Assembly (NCBI GenBank): GCA_000934665.2
Contig: KZ538241.1
Span: forward strand, 1-64,000
DNA length: 64,000 nucleotides
Reading direction: 5' to 3'
Source: Catajapyx aquilonaris
Lineage: Eukaryota
Position numbers and translations under genes: made by a program. Under the pieces are notes generated by a model, which did not search any database, was not told the DNA's origin, and saw nothing but the letters and a program-made list of their open reading frames with translations. Below, in pieces: positions 13,061-24,495 of the stretch; the first letter of the stretch is position 1; each line of letters starts with the position of its first letter.

Positions 13061-14165
13061 TAATAATTTAATAATTCATAATTCATACGTTATCAGCAAG
13101 GTTATCAGCCATCGGCTCGTTAGGGGGGAAATTAGTTTTGCCTGGAACTATTTGCTTTTTTTTATTTTACTGTGCTCTTTGTGATAGGATAGGGACGGAA
13201 GGAAGCGGCTGTGGTCTATTAACCCCTTCGGCCCCAGATCGGCCCGAACCACACAGTTTTTGGCTTACGCGTACTCCGAAGATACGGACAAGATATTTTG
13301 CAAATAATAACAGCTATACTTACGAGATCTGGGAAAACCCTATGAATGTGTCTGGAACCATTTTACTCGTCTAGAAGTCCTTAAATTAATTTCCAAAAAA
13401 GGGCTATAATGACTCGAAATTGGACTACTGCCGCCCAACTTTTAGGCTGATTTAATTATGAAATGCGTGAAAATATGCGGAATAACAACTTTGAGAACCA
13501 TGCCAGACGAATTTGCTGAAATCGTCGTACTTTGCGAGAAATAAATTAATACTTATTTGCGGCTTTCTGGCACTTCGGAAAGCTTCGGAAAACTCCCAAA
13601 TTTATTTGTTTCTCATGCAGTACGACGATTTCAGAAAATTCATCACATACTCATTTAGGAGTTTTCCTAAGTGCTGGAAAGTCGCAAATAAATATTAATT
13701 TATTTCTCGCAAAGTACGACGATTTCAGCAAATTCGTCTGGCATGGTTCTCATGGTTGTTATTCCGCATATTTTCACGCATTTCATAATCAAATCAGCCT
13801 AAAAGTTGGGCGGCAGTAGTCCAATTTCGAGTTATTATAGCCCTTTTTTGGAAATTAATTTAGGGACTTCTAGACGAGTAAAATGGTTCCAGACACATTC
13901 ATATAGGGTTTTCCCAGATCTCGTAAGTATAGCTATTATTATTTTCAAAATATCTTGTCCGTATCTTCAGAGTACGCGTAAGCCAATAACTGTGTGGTTC
14001 GGGCCGAAGTGGGGCCGAAGGGGTTAATTACGGAAGCAACTCCTGAATTTTCCTGGAAGGACCGTGGGAAACCACAGAAAACCACAGAGTTGCCGGCCCC
14101 GGGATTTGATCCCAGGACCTCCTGATTAGCAGTCAGACACCATATCCCCTCCTCCAACCTGCTTC
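13061..14165 (-). mobile_element. tRNA-derived SINE (family 1), split by a MITE insertion
   Basis: 14165-14024 plus 13222-13061 align to the intact copy at 36700-36995. B-box-like GGGATCAAATCCC and an AT-rich tail are present. Confidence 0.85.
13223..14023. mobile_element. piggyBac-type palindromic MITE (801 bp, ~375-bp arms)
   Basis: TTAA|CCCCTTCGGCCCC ... GGGGCCGAAGGGG|TTAA. The arms 13223-~13600 and ~13652-14023 are near-identical inverted copies. Confidence 0.9.
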
Positions 14166-14291
14166 GGTTTCTTCTACAGTAATACTGTACCACCTGAACA
14201 TGACACAAAACATATTAAAACCTGATCATGAAACCTTGAGTTTATTCTCAGTAGTACAAAAAACACATGAATATTTGTACTTTCTTTTGCA

Positions 14292-17200
14292 TCAGTTCTG
14301 GGTTGTTTCTTCTGCCTCAACCTTCTCTTGTCCTGAAAGTAATAAGTGATTATTTTAAACAAATTTATGAATAATATATAATTAAAGGAAAATCCACATA
14401 GAGAAATTGTTTTCACCTTGTTTCATACCTAATAATCAGTTACCACTATATACCACTATATACTGTATATAATTATATATACCACTACTTCATAACTCAT
14501 ATTGCATTGTACAGCATCAGAATATGATTGAGATGGATGCTTCTTTTGACATAAAATGCAGTGCATACATTGGGAGATGAGTTTTAAAATGAAATGGGCT
14601 TCTGAAGCCTATGATTTTCAATCACATCTACAAATGCGTTATTTACCAGTGCTAGTCCTGATGGTCCAGGTTTTGCCACTTGCAACTGGTCTAGCTCACG
14701 TTTTAAAAATCCTTGTCCCTTTCCCCCATACCTGATAGCTACTGTGGTATGCAGGGTCTGCTCAAATTGATGAGTTCAGATCAACTCCATAGAAATCCAG
14801 TGTACACCACCATGTTTCTCGAAGTGTAAGTCATAACTTGCTTACATTGCAGCAGCACAATTACTTTCATACTTTGCAATAACATTTTTTTTAAATGTAA
14901 TTGTTAAGGCAACCAATAGCAGACTCTGGTAGTCATTGCCCAAGTCTGGCTCACCAATGAGAAGGGGTTATCAATATGTGCCTTTTTCCTAACCCTGTAG
15001 TCTGCCATCAAAGCATACACGCTAGCTGCAGGTGACATAATGAAATGCAACAATTCCATGCGTCTGTTTTTTCAGTGCAATATAATCAGTGAACTGATTA
15101 AAAATGTTGAAGCATAATACCCCATCATGCATAACCAATTTAAGACCATTGTAGCTATCACCTGACGACTTATGAATATTGCGAGTAAACAATTGGGTAC
15201 AGATTTTTTTGGAACTATTAAAGCTGCTCATTTTATGCAGTCACTTTTAATAGTTACTCTATTATTCTATTGATTAGCTGCTAATATTAGGAACCATCCA
15301 AGCTCTGAATTACAATGACTTCTGATCGGTAATGTCCCAGTGAGAAATTTGCCTCGAACATCAGTAACTGAACCCACATTTACAGACCAGAGCCCCTTGC
15401 AGCATTGAAAAGGATGGGCCTGTGCAACCTAATTTTAGAAACTAATAATATTGATAGCCCCTAAAATAACTGGTCTAAAGTAATTTTTAAAATGAGCAGC
15501 TTAGTGCCAAAACCAAAAGAAAGCCCAAAAAACACTATTATAATACAGTATAATTTCAATTAGATTCCCCTGCAAGTTAGTTATTTCAAAATAGGTCCTA
15601 TAAATGCTGGTGGGCCTCTGCATTGGACCACAGTGTAAGAAAAGCTGAACTACGACAGAGATCCCATTTCATTGTCAAAGATGTCCCATGATACAAAAAT
15701 CCTGGAATGTGCTGTGTGACAATCACCCACACCTGTCTCCCACTTCTTCCCATCATCTTGAGATTGTTGCTTCCCAGAATCCCTAGTCCGCGCCTTAGTC
15801 TCGCTCATATTCCAGTTGCTAGCACCAGCTGCCATCTCTGCTTCCTCCTGCGATTCTGAAATTATTATAGGTTGAGAAATTCCGCCAAAACAAACTAAGG
15901 GCTTTCAGTTTTAGCAAATGATACTTCTCAATACCTGAATACGTCACGTAAAGAAAGTTATTGAACTACAATGTACTCACCCATATCTAAGTCTGACTTA
16001 TGTACGTCTTCTTGGGAGTGTTCCTCGATGGGATTGTTAGTCTCATCCACAGACATTCTGCCTAGAGTTTCTTCCAGCTGCTGGGCAGCAGTACTCGTTG
16101 GGGGAACGACCACTTTTGTGTAGTAGAGAATACAGGCGAAGTGTCCAAGCTGTGGAAAATAAACACTAGATTTAGTCTAATCATTCACTTTGGGCAAATG
16201 TCTGGCAAATGTTTCCAGCTGCACACTTCAAAATTAGAGCATTGGATATAAAGTCTCAGTAATGATTTATGGCAGTACCTTCACATTCCAAGATATTGTA
16301 GATGCTGTAAACTGGGGATATGCAGAGTGCAGCAGTATACAACTTACCAGCCGATCTAATGAGGATTCCATGAAGCACTTCTCAAGCAACATTATCTCTA
16401 AAATGATCCTGGGTTCCTTCAAGCCATTGAGAAAAGCTTGGTCTGTCAATTTCCTGAGACTCTTGTAGGTGTCGGAGGAGATCCTGATCTTTGTCAGAAC
16501 TGGCACAGGCTGAGCGAGGTACATCTCGTAGAGCAAAAACAAATACGCTGCCCTGATTTTCATCATATTGTATTTTTCTTGTGGATTCAGGAAGCAATAC
16601 AGTAAGTGGAAATAAACCGCTTCAGTAAAACATTGCAGCTGCGCGTGAGTCTGGCGGCCCCTGAAACAGATTAATTAGTACTTTAAGTAGCCTGATACAA
16701 ACAAAATTAAATTCGCACTTGGAAAATATATTAAGTTAATGGCATTAAAAAGCCCATTCAATGATTATAATTTTTTGCCCAGGTGATGTAGTGACTTACT
16801 TGTAGACCTTGTAGAAGCGCTTCTCCCTCCACAGATCCATGAAGGAGGCCAGGTCTTGCTTCTTCATCTGGACCCAGTTGGCCATGATGAGACGCTCCAC
16901 GTCCTCGTCGAAGCCCTTGGCGCACCCACCAGGCACCCAGCGCTCTGCCACTTTCACCTTGGGCAAGGAGGTGGCCGAGGACTGCTCCGATGACGGAGTG
17001 GGTCCTTCGCCCTCATCCCCAGACTGAGGACAGGGCCCATTGCACGTCGCACCACCATCACCCCCGGCATCGCCTCCTGCTGCTCCTCCCTCCGTGTCCT
17101 GATCCCCGCTCTTCCTTCCCCTGGGCGCGGCCCCCGACCTGCCCCTGCGAGTTCTGCCCCGCTCGCCCCTGGTGCGCTGCGAGGCTCCTCGACCCACCAT
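14292..17200 (-). CDS. SNAPC1: snRNA-activating protein complex subunit 1 (SNAP43/SNAPC1) homolog; 3' exons uncertain
   Basis: Exons 17200-16800, 16660-16348, 16149-15981 and 15855-15733 (or reading on to a stop at 15650); possible last exon 14332-14292. Spliced core GFDEDVERLI...FMDLWREKRFYKVYKGRQTHAQLQCFTEAV...IRAAYLFLLYEMYLAQPVPVLTKIRIS...LLEKCF matches the SNAP43 N-terminal domain as I recall it (F..LW...F..I..GR, IRVGALYLLYGLYNTQ...KIRV). Confidence 0.8.
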
Positions 17201-17404
17201 ATCCAGCACACCGTCAGTCGTCCTTGTACTGCACGGAGTACTCGCTGCTTTGTTCCCGACACGACAGTGGGAGCATGCGGCGAGGCGAGCACCCGTCGGA
17301 GGGGAGATGCGTTCAACCGACGCTCAACTGCCGCACTCAACGGTCATACCTGTGCGTCGAGGCCTCTGCGCATCCTCATCCCCACTGCCTTCCAATGTTG
17401 CCAA

Positions 17405-17442
17405 CAGCAATTACGTCACCCACCTAACGTCACTTCCTGGAG
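17405..17442 (-). promoter_or_regulatory. Candidate TATA-less housekeeping promoter of SNAPC1
   Basis: Minus strand reads CCAGGAAGTGACGTTAGGTGGGTGACGTAA: an ETS-like GGAAGT and two TGACGT CRE-like sites, directly upstream of a GC/CpG-rich first exon. Confidence 0.45.
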
Positions 17443-17675
17443 GGATAACTTTTAAATTTTTGAAATCCTGAGGATGGGTGGCACTTGGTCCTGGTATGGC
17501 ACACTACAGCATGATCACTTCAACGTCGGCACCCGTCACGTCACAGCAGGTTTCAGAAAAAGAGAACCACATGAACCATGATATGGGCAGTCAACAACTG
17601 CACTTATTTTTTATTTTCAAATCATCCCGGGGAGTAGTACAGTGTTTCCACCGAGGTCTCCACGTCGTTGCAGGT

Positions 17676-18412
17676 CTACTGCGCCGCTATGCACTCTCGC
17701 AGTTCATCGTATCCGGTGCATGCGTCTAAATCAAATGTCTCTGGAAATTGAAACAAAGCGGTTGCCTACATGTTGCTTCAATGGGTTGTGCGATGAGGCA
17801 AGGTGGGTTACACAACGCCTTACGATTTTCCACGCAACCGTAGATCCTGTCCCATACTTTTTCGGGGGCATCACGTAGAGCGCACTCCTTCAGATATTTA
17901 CAGAGAAAATCTTTGTCTATTGCCGTACCATTCTCATCCATCTGGGAAATGATGTTATAGTCGCAGAGTGCAAGAAAGGATAACATTTCGCTAGTTTTAA
18001 TTGTTAGGTTTTACAGGCATACTCACCATCCCAATTCTATACATCAGGCACTGCATCATACACTGAAAATGTAATATTTTCATTTCATTAGTACGTTGCA
18101 ACTGCGAGCTATATAAGACTATAAAAAACCGAATAATGTTGCTCATTGACAAGATGTATAGGGAAGGAAACTGCTATATGTAATACTTCTTTAGTTACCT
18201 CAGGCCTCGCTTGTGTTTCGTGTTCACATAGTTCAATATCTTGAGGCCCGTGCTCTGGACACTAGAGAAAAACATAACCAGATTGATACGTATGACCTCT
18301 GTATAGTTACGTGGAGTAGTTTTACCTCACGTATCTCGTACTCTTCAGCTTCCGTTCCAAAGAAAACAGCAGTCCCCGCACAGAGCAGGAGGATAGCTAC
18401 GTTCAGAATCAT
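17676..18412 (-). CDS. Odorant-binding-protein-like secreted protein F (117 aa, 9 Cys)
   Basis: Exons 18412-18326, 18261-18199, 18062-18027, 17941-17824, 17725-17676: MILNVAILLLCAGTAVFFGTEAEEYEIRE/CPEHGPQDIELCEHETQARPE/CMMQCLMYRIGM/MDENGTAIDKDFLCKYLKECALRDAPEKVWDRIYGCVENH/ACTGYDELRECIAAQ*. CMMQCLMYRIGMMDENG is a classic OBP-like segment. AATAAA at ~17615-17610. Confidence 0.88.
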
Positions 18413-18668
18413 GTCAAACTGTCGCGAAACGCAAAGTAAGTTCAGGATTTATAATTGCGCCTAGCACATACACAGAGTTATTCCCATGAGTCATTATATA
18501 TACGCACGCTAACCGCTAACGTGACTGACATTTTCAGAGGAACTATAAGGCAATGGAAGTCCGGGTTTTTTAAATTCCATCTCTCACACAGTGAACGGAA
18601 GGTACTTCCGCTGCTCAAGTCATGCAAATCAAGGTGACTGTATAGCGATATTGTTTCATTTGGTGCTA

Positions 18669-19349
18669 GGAAATTTTGTCCCCGACAAAACGTCCCCGGA
18701 AATTCGTCCCTGACAAATTACGTCCCCGGAAACAAACGTCCCCATCGGGGATGTTCCAAGGGAAAGAGGAAAATCATGTCGCCTACAGTGTAATAAAATT
18801 AATATCCATATTAAAGTCTAACCTCCTTCCAGTAGGCCGAGTAGGGGATCTCCGTGAAAATGAGTTCCTTCAAAGCTCAGACGAATGCCAATAGAAAGAC
18901 TTTCATATCGAGAGACAGATTGTGGCAGGGATAGGGGCACGTTGTACTGTACCAACCTACCCCATGACCTAACTTTCCTTCCCAGCAGATGCAAGCCTAT
19001 TCTTCAGCGGATACACACAGGCTATCCTTCAGCTAGTTCACCAGATACTAGCATATAGGAAAGCAGGTAAAAGTGTGGGGGTCTCCCAAAGTGATAGCGT
19101 AGCCATGCCAAACCTACATGTATACTACGATCTGTGCTGTCTAATGTGGGATACTCCAGTGCTGACTGTGCTGTGGGGATTGGATAACATTGTCCTTGAT
19201 TAATTATCTTGTATCACTATACACTCTATTTTAGAGACTATATTTTCCGTGGGGTTATCCCCGATGATGGGGACGTTTTTTCCGGGGATGTAATGTGTCA
19301 GGGACGAATTTTCGGGGACGTTTTGTCAGGGACGAAATTTTATAATTCC
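18669..19349. mobile_element. MITE with subterminal CGTCCCC/GGGGACG repeats
   Basis: The left end has several tandem (A)CGTCCCC units (18676-18745) and the right end carries the inverted array (19260-19340). Exact termini and TSD unclear. Confidence 0.7.
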
Positions 19350-19979
19350 TTTAGAATTTCCGTCTGTTTTGTTGAACACGTCGAAAAATTAGAACAAAAC
19401 TATGCAGTAATTTTTCATTGCATTAAATGGTAGCTATTGGAATTTGGAAGCGCTTACAGGTACAAGCATGATGTCATGAGGTCATCAAGTCCTTGGTGAA
19501 CGAATCAACGTACATCCGCAGGCAAGAAAGCAACTAACACTTCCTGCAAAAACCAAATTAGTATATCTCACAAGTACACACCTCGGCAGCCTAATCCGAA
19601 CATGTGGTCGAAACTAGCTCCTATACGAGCACTTACTACCCTTCGTACCAACAAACCACAAATACAACAATCGGAACCAAGCACACGTAAGTTACTGTAC
19701 GCATACCTATAAAGTATATAAACTATAAAGGGGGAAGAACGTAGCAGGAGAGGTCAGGGGACAACGGCTCCCGAACTCGGCCCCCTATAGCACCCTATGT
19801 AGATGGCAAAAAATAAATAAAAATTTAAAATGTGCTCCTTTGAATTGTAGCATATGTAATGACTGTTGTAGTATATCAGTGATTTTGGCATTTGGGAACT
19901 ATGAATAAAGTTCACTGTTGACGTTATGATTTATTTAGTTTATCAGAATTGAAGAAGGTTGTGCAGGTTGGATCACATT

Positions 19980-20028
19980 ATATATACCCCATATACCCCA
20001 TATACCCCATATATCCCATATATCCCCA
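19980..20028 (+). repeat. (ATATACCCC)n short tandem repeat
   Basis: About five copies of a 9-10 bp unit. Confidence 0.8.
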
Positions 20029-20256
20029 TTTTCAGAGTATTATTTTAGAGTGCTGATGTCTGACTGTACCTTTTTATACGGATATACAACGGAAAACCTG
20101 AAATACAAATGATCATAATTACAATCGACTATATCAAGATGGGGAAGTTTGCCCTTATGGAATTCGTTAATAAATATCATCAGTTTTCCCTATTTCAATT
20201 ACCTTATATTACTCAATGGGCACGTAACATAGACTCACGAGTCAGATATGATGACC

Positions 20257-21071
20257 TCAGTGGTAACCAGGATAACCAGGGTGACCACATTTAAATATAT
20301 TTCCGTAACTCTCACAGTCGCTGGGGTCACATTCACTTCCTGAAAATAATGCCACGTTACATAAACAGGTGCTGAGAAAATACTGAAATGAAGTGCATGA
20401 GTGATCCGCACCATTTTTCCTTATGCATGCCTGTTCCTCTTCTGTAAATCCATCCGAAGGTCCTCCTTTTTGCTTCCGGCATTCAGTCATGACTTGAACT
20501 AACATGTCGACGTCAATTGGACCGTCCTCCTTCGTCTGCATTGGTAAAACAACAAAATCACTTCTATCATTTCAAACACATGAGTTCTCAATCAGAACTA
20601 TCGCAACCAGTAAGAATATCGAGAGAAGAGCATGTGAGTCATATATAGGCACATTTATGAAGATGTAACACTATAATTATGGTGCTTCATTAGTTTAAGT
20701 AGATTTGAGATTTGGTCAGGTGAGGCTATACAACTAAGGACGGAGTACTTACGGCAGCAATCTTCTCTACAATGCATTTGAAGGGACACTAAAATGTAAG
20801 GTATTAAAACGTATTCGTTAATTGCATGTTACTGCCGTGAAAGAAGTACAGTAGGCCTACTACTTACAGCAACACCTTCACTAGTACACTGCTTCATGAT
20901 TATACCTTCGCTATTTAAGGGACACTATCAGAAAAATTAGTTGTTAGCGTATCATGTTCAATAAGAGTATATGTCCAAGCTGATGAGTTAGTAACTTACG
21001 TCAGCATAAGTTTGATTGATGAAAAGGAGAAAAACCCCGCAGGAGAATGCAAAGGTACGCATTGCCTTCAT
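20257..21071 (-). CDS. Odorant-binding-protein-like secreted protein G (123 aa, 9 Cys)
   Basis: Exons 21071-21000, 20924-20868, 20788-20753, 20535-20412, 20339-20257: MKAMRTFAFSCGVFLLFINQTYAD/CPLNSEGIIMKQCTSEGVA/CPFKCIVEKIAA/TKEDGPIDVDMLVQVMTECRKQKGGPSDGFTEEEQACIRKNG/SECDPSDCESYGNIFKCGHPGYPGYH*. Confidence 0.85.
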
Positions 21072-24000
21072 GGTGGATAGCATGTCAATGCAGTATGTGA
21101 CATGGAATGAGAGAAGAGTCATGCCAAGAGTGTAGTTTTCATCATTCGCCGACTGATTGTCACGCAGTCAGGGTGTTTCCTTTATGTAATTTCCGTTTAA
21201 ATAGTGCCATGTCATGTGTTGAATAATTGTGGCATGACTGGTATCCCCAGCAGCAAGATTAAAATTACACGTACTTGGTGTCACCAAAACCAATTTATTT
21301 GTCACCCTGCCATGTATTCGCAATAAATTGCACGTAAATAGTGCAAAGTGTTATTACTTGTAGAGAAGCTACACACTGAATCATTGGGACATTGACTTGT
21401 ACATAAGCGATGTTCACACATATGCTACTTGTACCATAAGTCCATAACAGTAGACCTAACGTATTGTACGCCTGAATGTGCAGCATACAATGTGTTGTTT
21501 TGGGATGGGGTAACATGCGAGAGCATATAAGGATGTGAGGTCAAACAGCCTGCATAATCAGGTTTGGTAAAAGTTTAAGGTGTTAATACCAAACGTGTAC
21601 AGTGTCCTCAATATGTTAATTACTATACTTGTGCAGAAAAAAGCGATAATGAGTGCTTGTAATATTTTATTATTGTACTTGTACTGTAATTAACAGAGCA
21701 TCGCACAACCTTCGCATATACAGTCATGGGGGATACCAGAACAAATATTAATAATCTACTTGTCATTTTATGTGACAGACTGATAAAAATTAAATCTGCA
21801 AAGAATATCATGTGGTCGACATACTGGAATGGAAATTGTAGCCTCATTATGAGTACAGCACACTATAGGGGATCAGAAGAGGACTGAAAAATGAGTAATA
21901 AACGTAACAATTACCCACGTTTTCATGCGGTACAAAACCGCAGACGTCACGCGGCTTATAATATCATGGCATTTAATTTATACAGTACAGCCCTACTTTA
22001 TGATTTGTCTTTTCCGCAGCTGAGAATAAAATGCGGAAGAAGACATCACCCCCACCCAAACCTCATTCCCTCATTATTCCCACTTTTGACCTACTATCAC
22101 GTCCGCATAATACACTTGACCCTCCTGACCTCATCGCACATGGTCATTGGCAAGACCTGCCCACCTACTGGAACTTTCATGTGGAAAATTTATTCTAAAC
22201 CACTCTACTTGAATCCGACTACAGCACGTGCCGTTCAGTAGAAGAAATTGATATTCTACTCTAATTGCTTCAGTTCCATCCCATATAATTATTACACCAA
22301 CAATCATAAACATACCCATCAAACGGTCAAGCCATTTGTCACAATGACATACCCTACCTTTCTATTTCATTTTCCCCGTGCTATAATGAGTGTGTGACCG
22401 GCAGGACGCGACCCTGATGCTCACAGTGGCTAACTAGACCACAAAATGGTGGCATTTGGACAAAAGAAAACCAGTGCATTGTTTTAGTCCGGTCCGTATC
22501 AGCATGTCCATCTGGCAAGAGCTCTCAAGTCCAAAACAACAGGCTTTCACTGCTCTGAATAGGCACACACGATTCCTCCCTAAGTATTTTTTCCCTCATT
22601 CCCTAATGACCACCATGACCTCCCAACATTTTTTTTAAAAAAAATGTGTGGCCCACCCAAATTCCTGAAAGTTCCGTTGAAACAGCGAAGGCCAATAGTG
22701 TCACCCTCTTCCTTCAGCGATGGTATCGTCCAAGTGGATCGGGTCCGCTCGGTCGACGGAGCCAGACCTTACTTTTCCCTTTGCCAAAAATTGCTTTTTT
22801 AAAAAAAATGGTATCGAGGACGTCCTGTTAATTGCGAGTTTTCTTTTCTGCCCAGCTTTCCTTTGCCCACCACGAGTGACAGAGTTTGAGAAAGATGATG
22901 TGACACGTCCATGTCATTGTCGGTCATCTTGGGAGTTTCTCTTGTCTGTCACTTGCGTGAGTGAAACGAGATGAGAGCATCTAGCAGAGATATGAGAATG
23001 ACTGTGTTATCATGCAAAATTCTCGCTATGTACGTGCTGATTAAACTTCATGATTGTCGTCAACAATGCGTGATATTAGGATAGAATTTTAAACGGGAAT
23101 TCCAGAATTAACTATCAGGTATTTGTTGGTAGGATCAGTCCACATAATCTAATACCGTGTTAAGGTATCATCTCAGGATAGTGTGTACATCTGACAATAT
23201 TCATCGGTGCAATTATTCTAAAATGGTGGTAAACCACCCCCCTATAAACCCTAATCGGGTTATCACGGGGTAATAATAATTTATATAAAATTCATCGGTG
23301 CAACCTGGTATCACCTCGACTTTGTACCCGGTAGCATATCAACTGCATGGGATCGGCTTCGAGAGCGTCGATCTTTGAGCAAGTGGCCCATCCTCCACAT
23401 ATGTCCTCTAATTCAGTGTGTTTCAGGACGTGAAAGGAAAAATGTGTCATCTCCACTTGGCATGTCTCATGATTCTCTCAAACCCTCTTGGCATTGGTCC
23501 TCTGATTCCTCTAAGACAACGGGACAAGAGTGAAACCGACGCAAAGAGGGTTTTTGGGAGGGTCGAGAGAAAAAAAAGGTCTGGGCTTTCAGACACTTAT
23601 CTGTCATTGGAAGGTTTCCACTGACCGTTTTGTGACAGTGCTGCTGTGGCGCCACCTTGGTCCTTGTCTTCTTAAGGGGTGCGACGTCAGCCGGTCCTCA
23701 TTGACAGTTCGACATCTGCTGCTGCCGAGACAAGTGGGGTGTTCTCAGGTGCTGGTAGTGTCCGCAAGTACTGGCCTGACCCGACATATCTGGTGCGTGG
23801 ATACTCTTGGTGACCTCTGTATAAAGATTGTAACTTGTTAAGTTTCTGCCAGTTTTTAGACAATACCGGTTTGAATTTTTGCAAATCTTAGCAAGCAAAT
23901 TTCGACATCCTTTTGACAAGCAGAGCAGGAAGTCACGGGTTTTCCCACTTGATGGAAAATTCCGCGCCAGACGATGAAACAAAAGGACGCGAAGAAGTCA

Positions 24001-24495
24001 AGTAGAAACGACATACACACGCAGCATGTACCGTAATTACTATTGCACACAAAACGTCGAATTCAAATCGTTCAATGCAGACCCATAAAACTAGACGAAG
24101 CGAGGATTACAAGTCACGTGCAATCCGTCCGTTATGGCAAGCCGGCCATAAGAAGCCATTGTCAAGACAGACACCGTGTGTCAGCTTCATTTTCATGCTA
24201 AAAGTACAGCAAGCAGGGATAGGTGCAATACGCATTGTTAGTAGAGCGTGTAATGTATGGCCGTAGCTTGTTCTTCAGATGCCAGGTGTCAGTACGTTGA
24301 AACAGGTGACAAACAGTTCAGTTCGTCGGGTTAGAGCTATTTGTAAGGCTCTCTCCAGCCTGAGTAAGTAGATAATACCGATTTCATTCAACGTTTGGCG
24401 CGTTATTTTACAATATGGGGGTGTGCACAGTTGAGGTATTTTGTACCTGACAGTATACCATATTGCACGGTGACTTTTGTTTTTTTACAGACAAA

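Noticed and set aside
22131..22322. Possible eighth OBP-like gene (hydrophobic start MGMFMIVGVIIIWDGTEA)
   Set aside because: No donor at the expected place, and no downstream C-X3-C or C-X8-C exons found.
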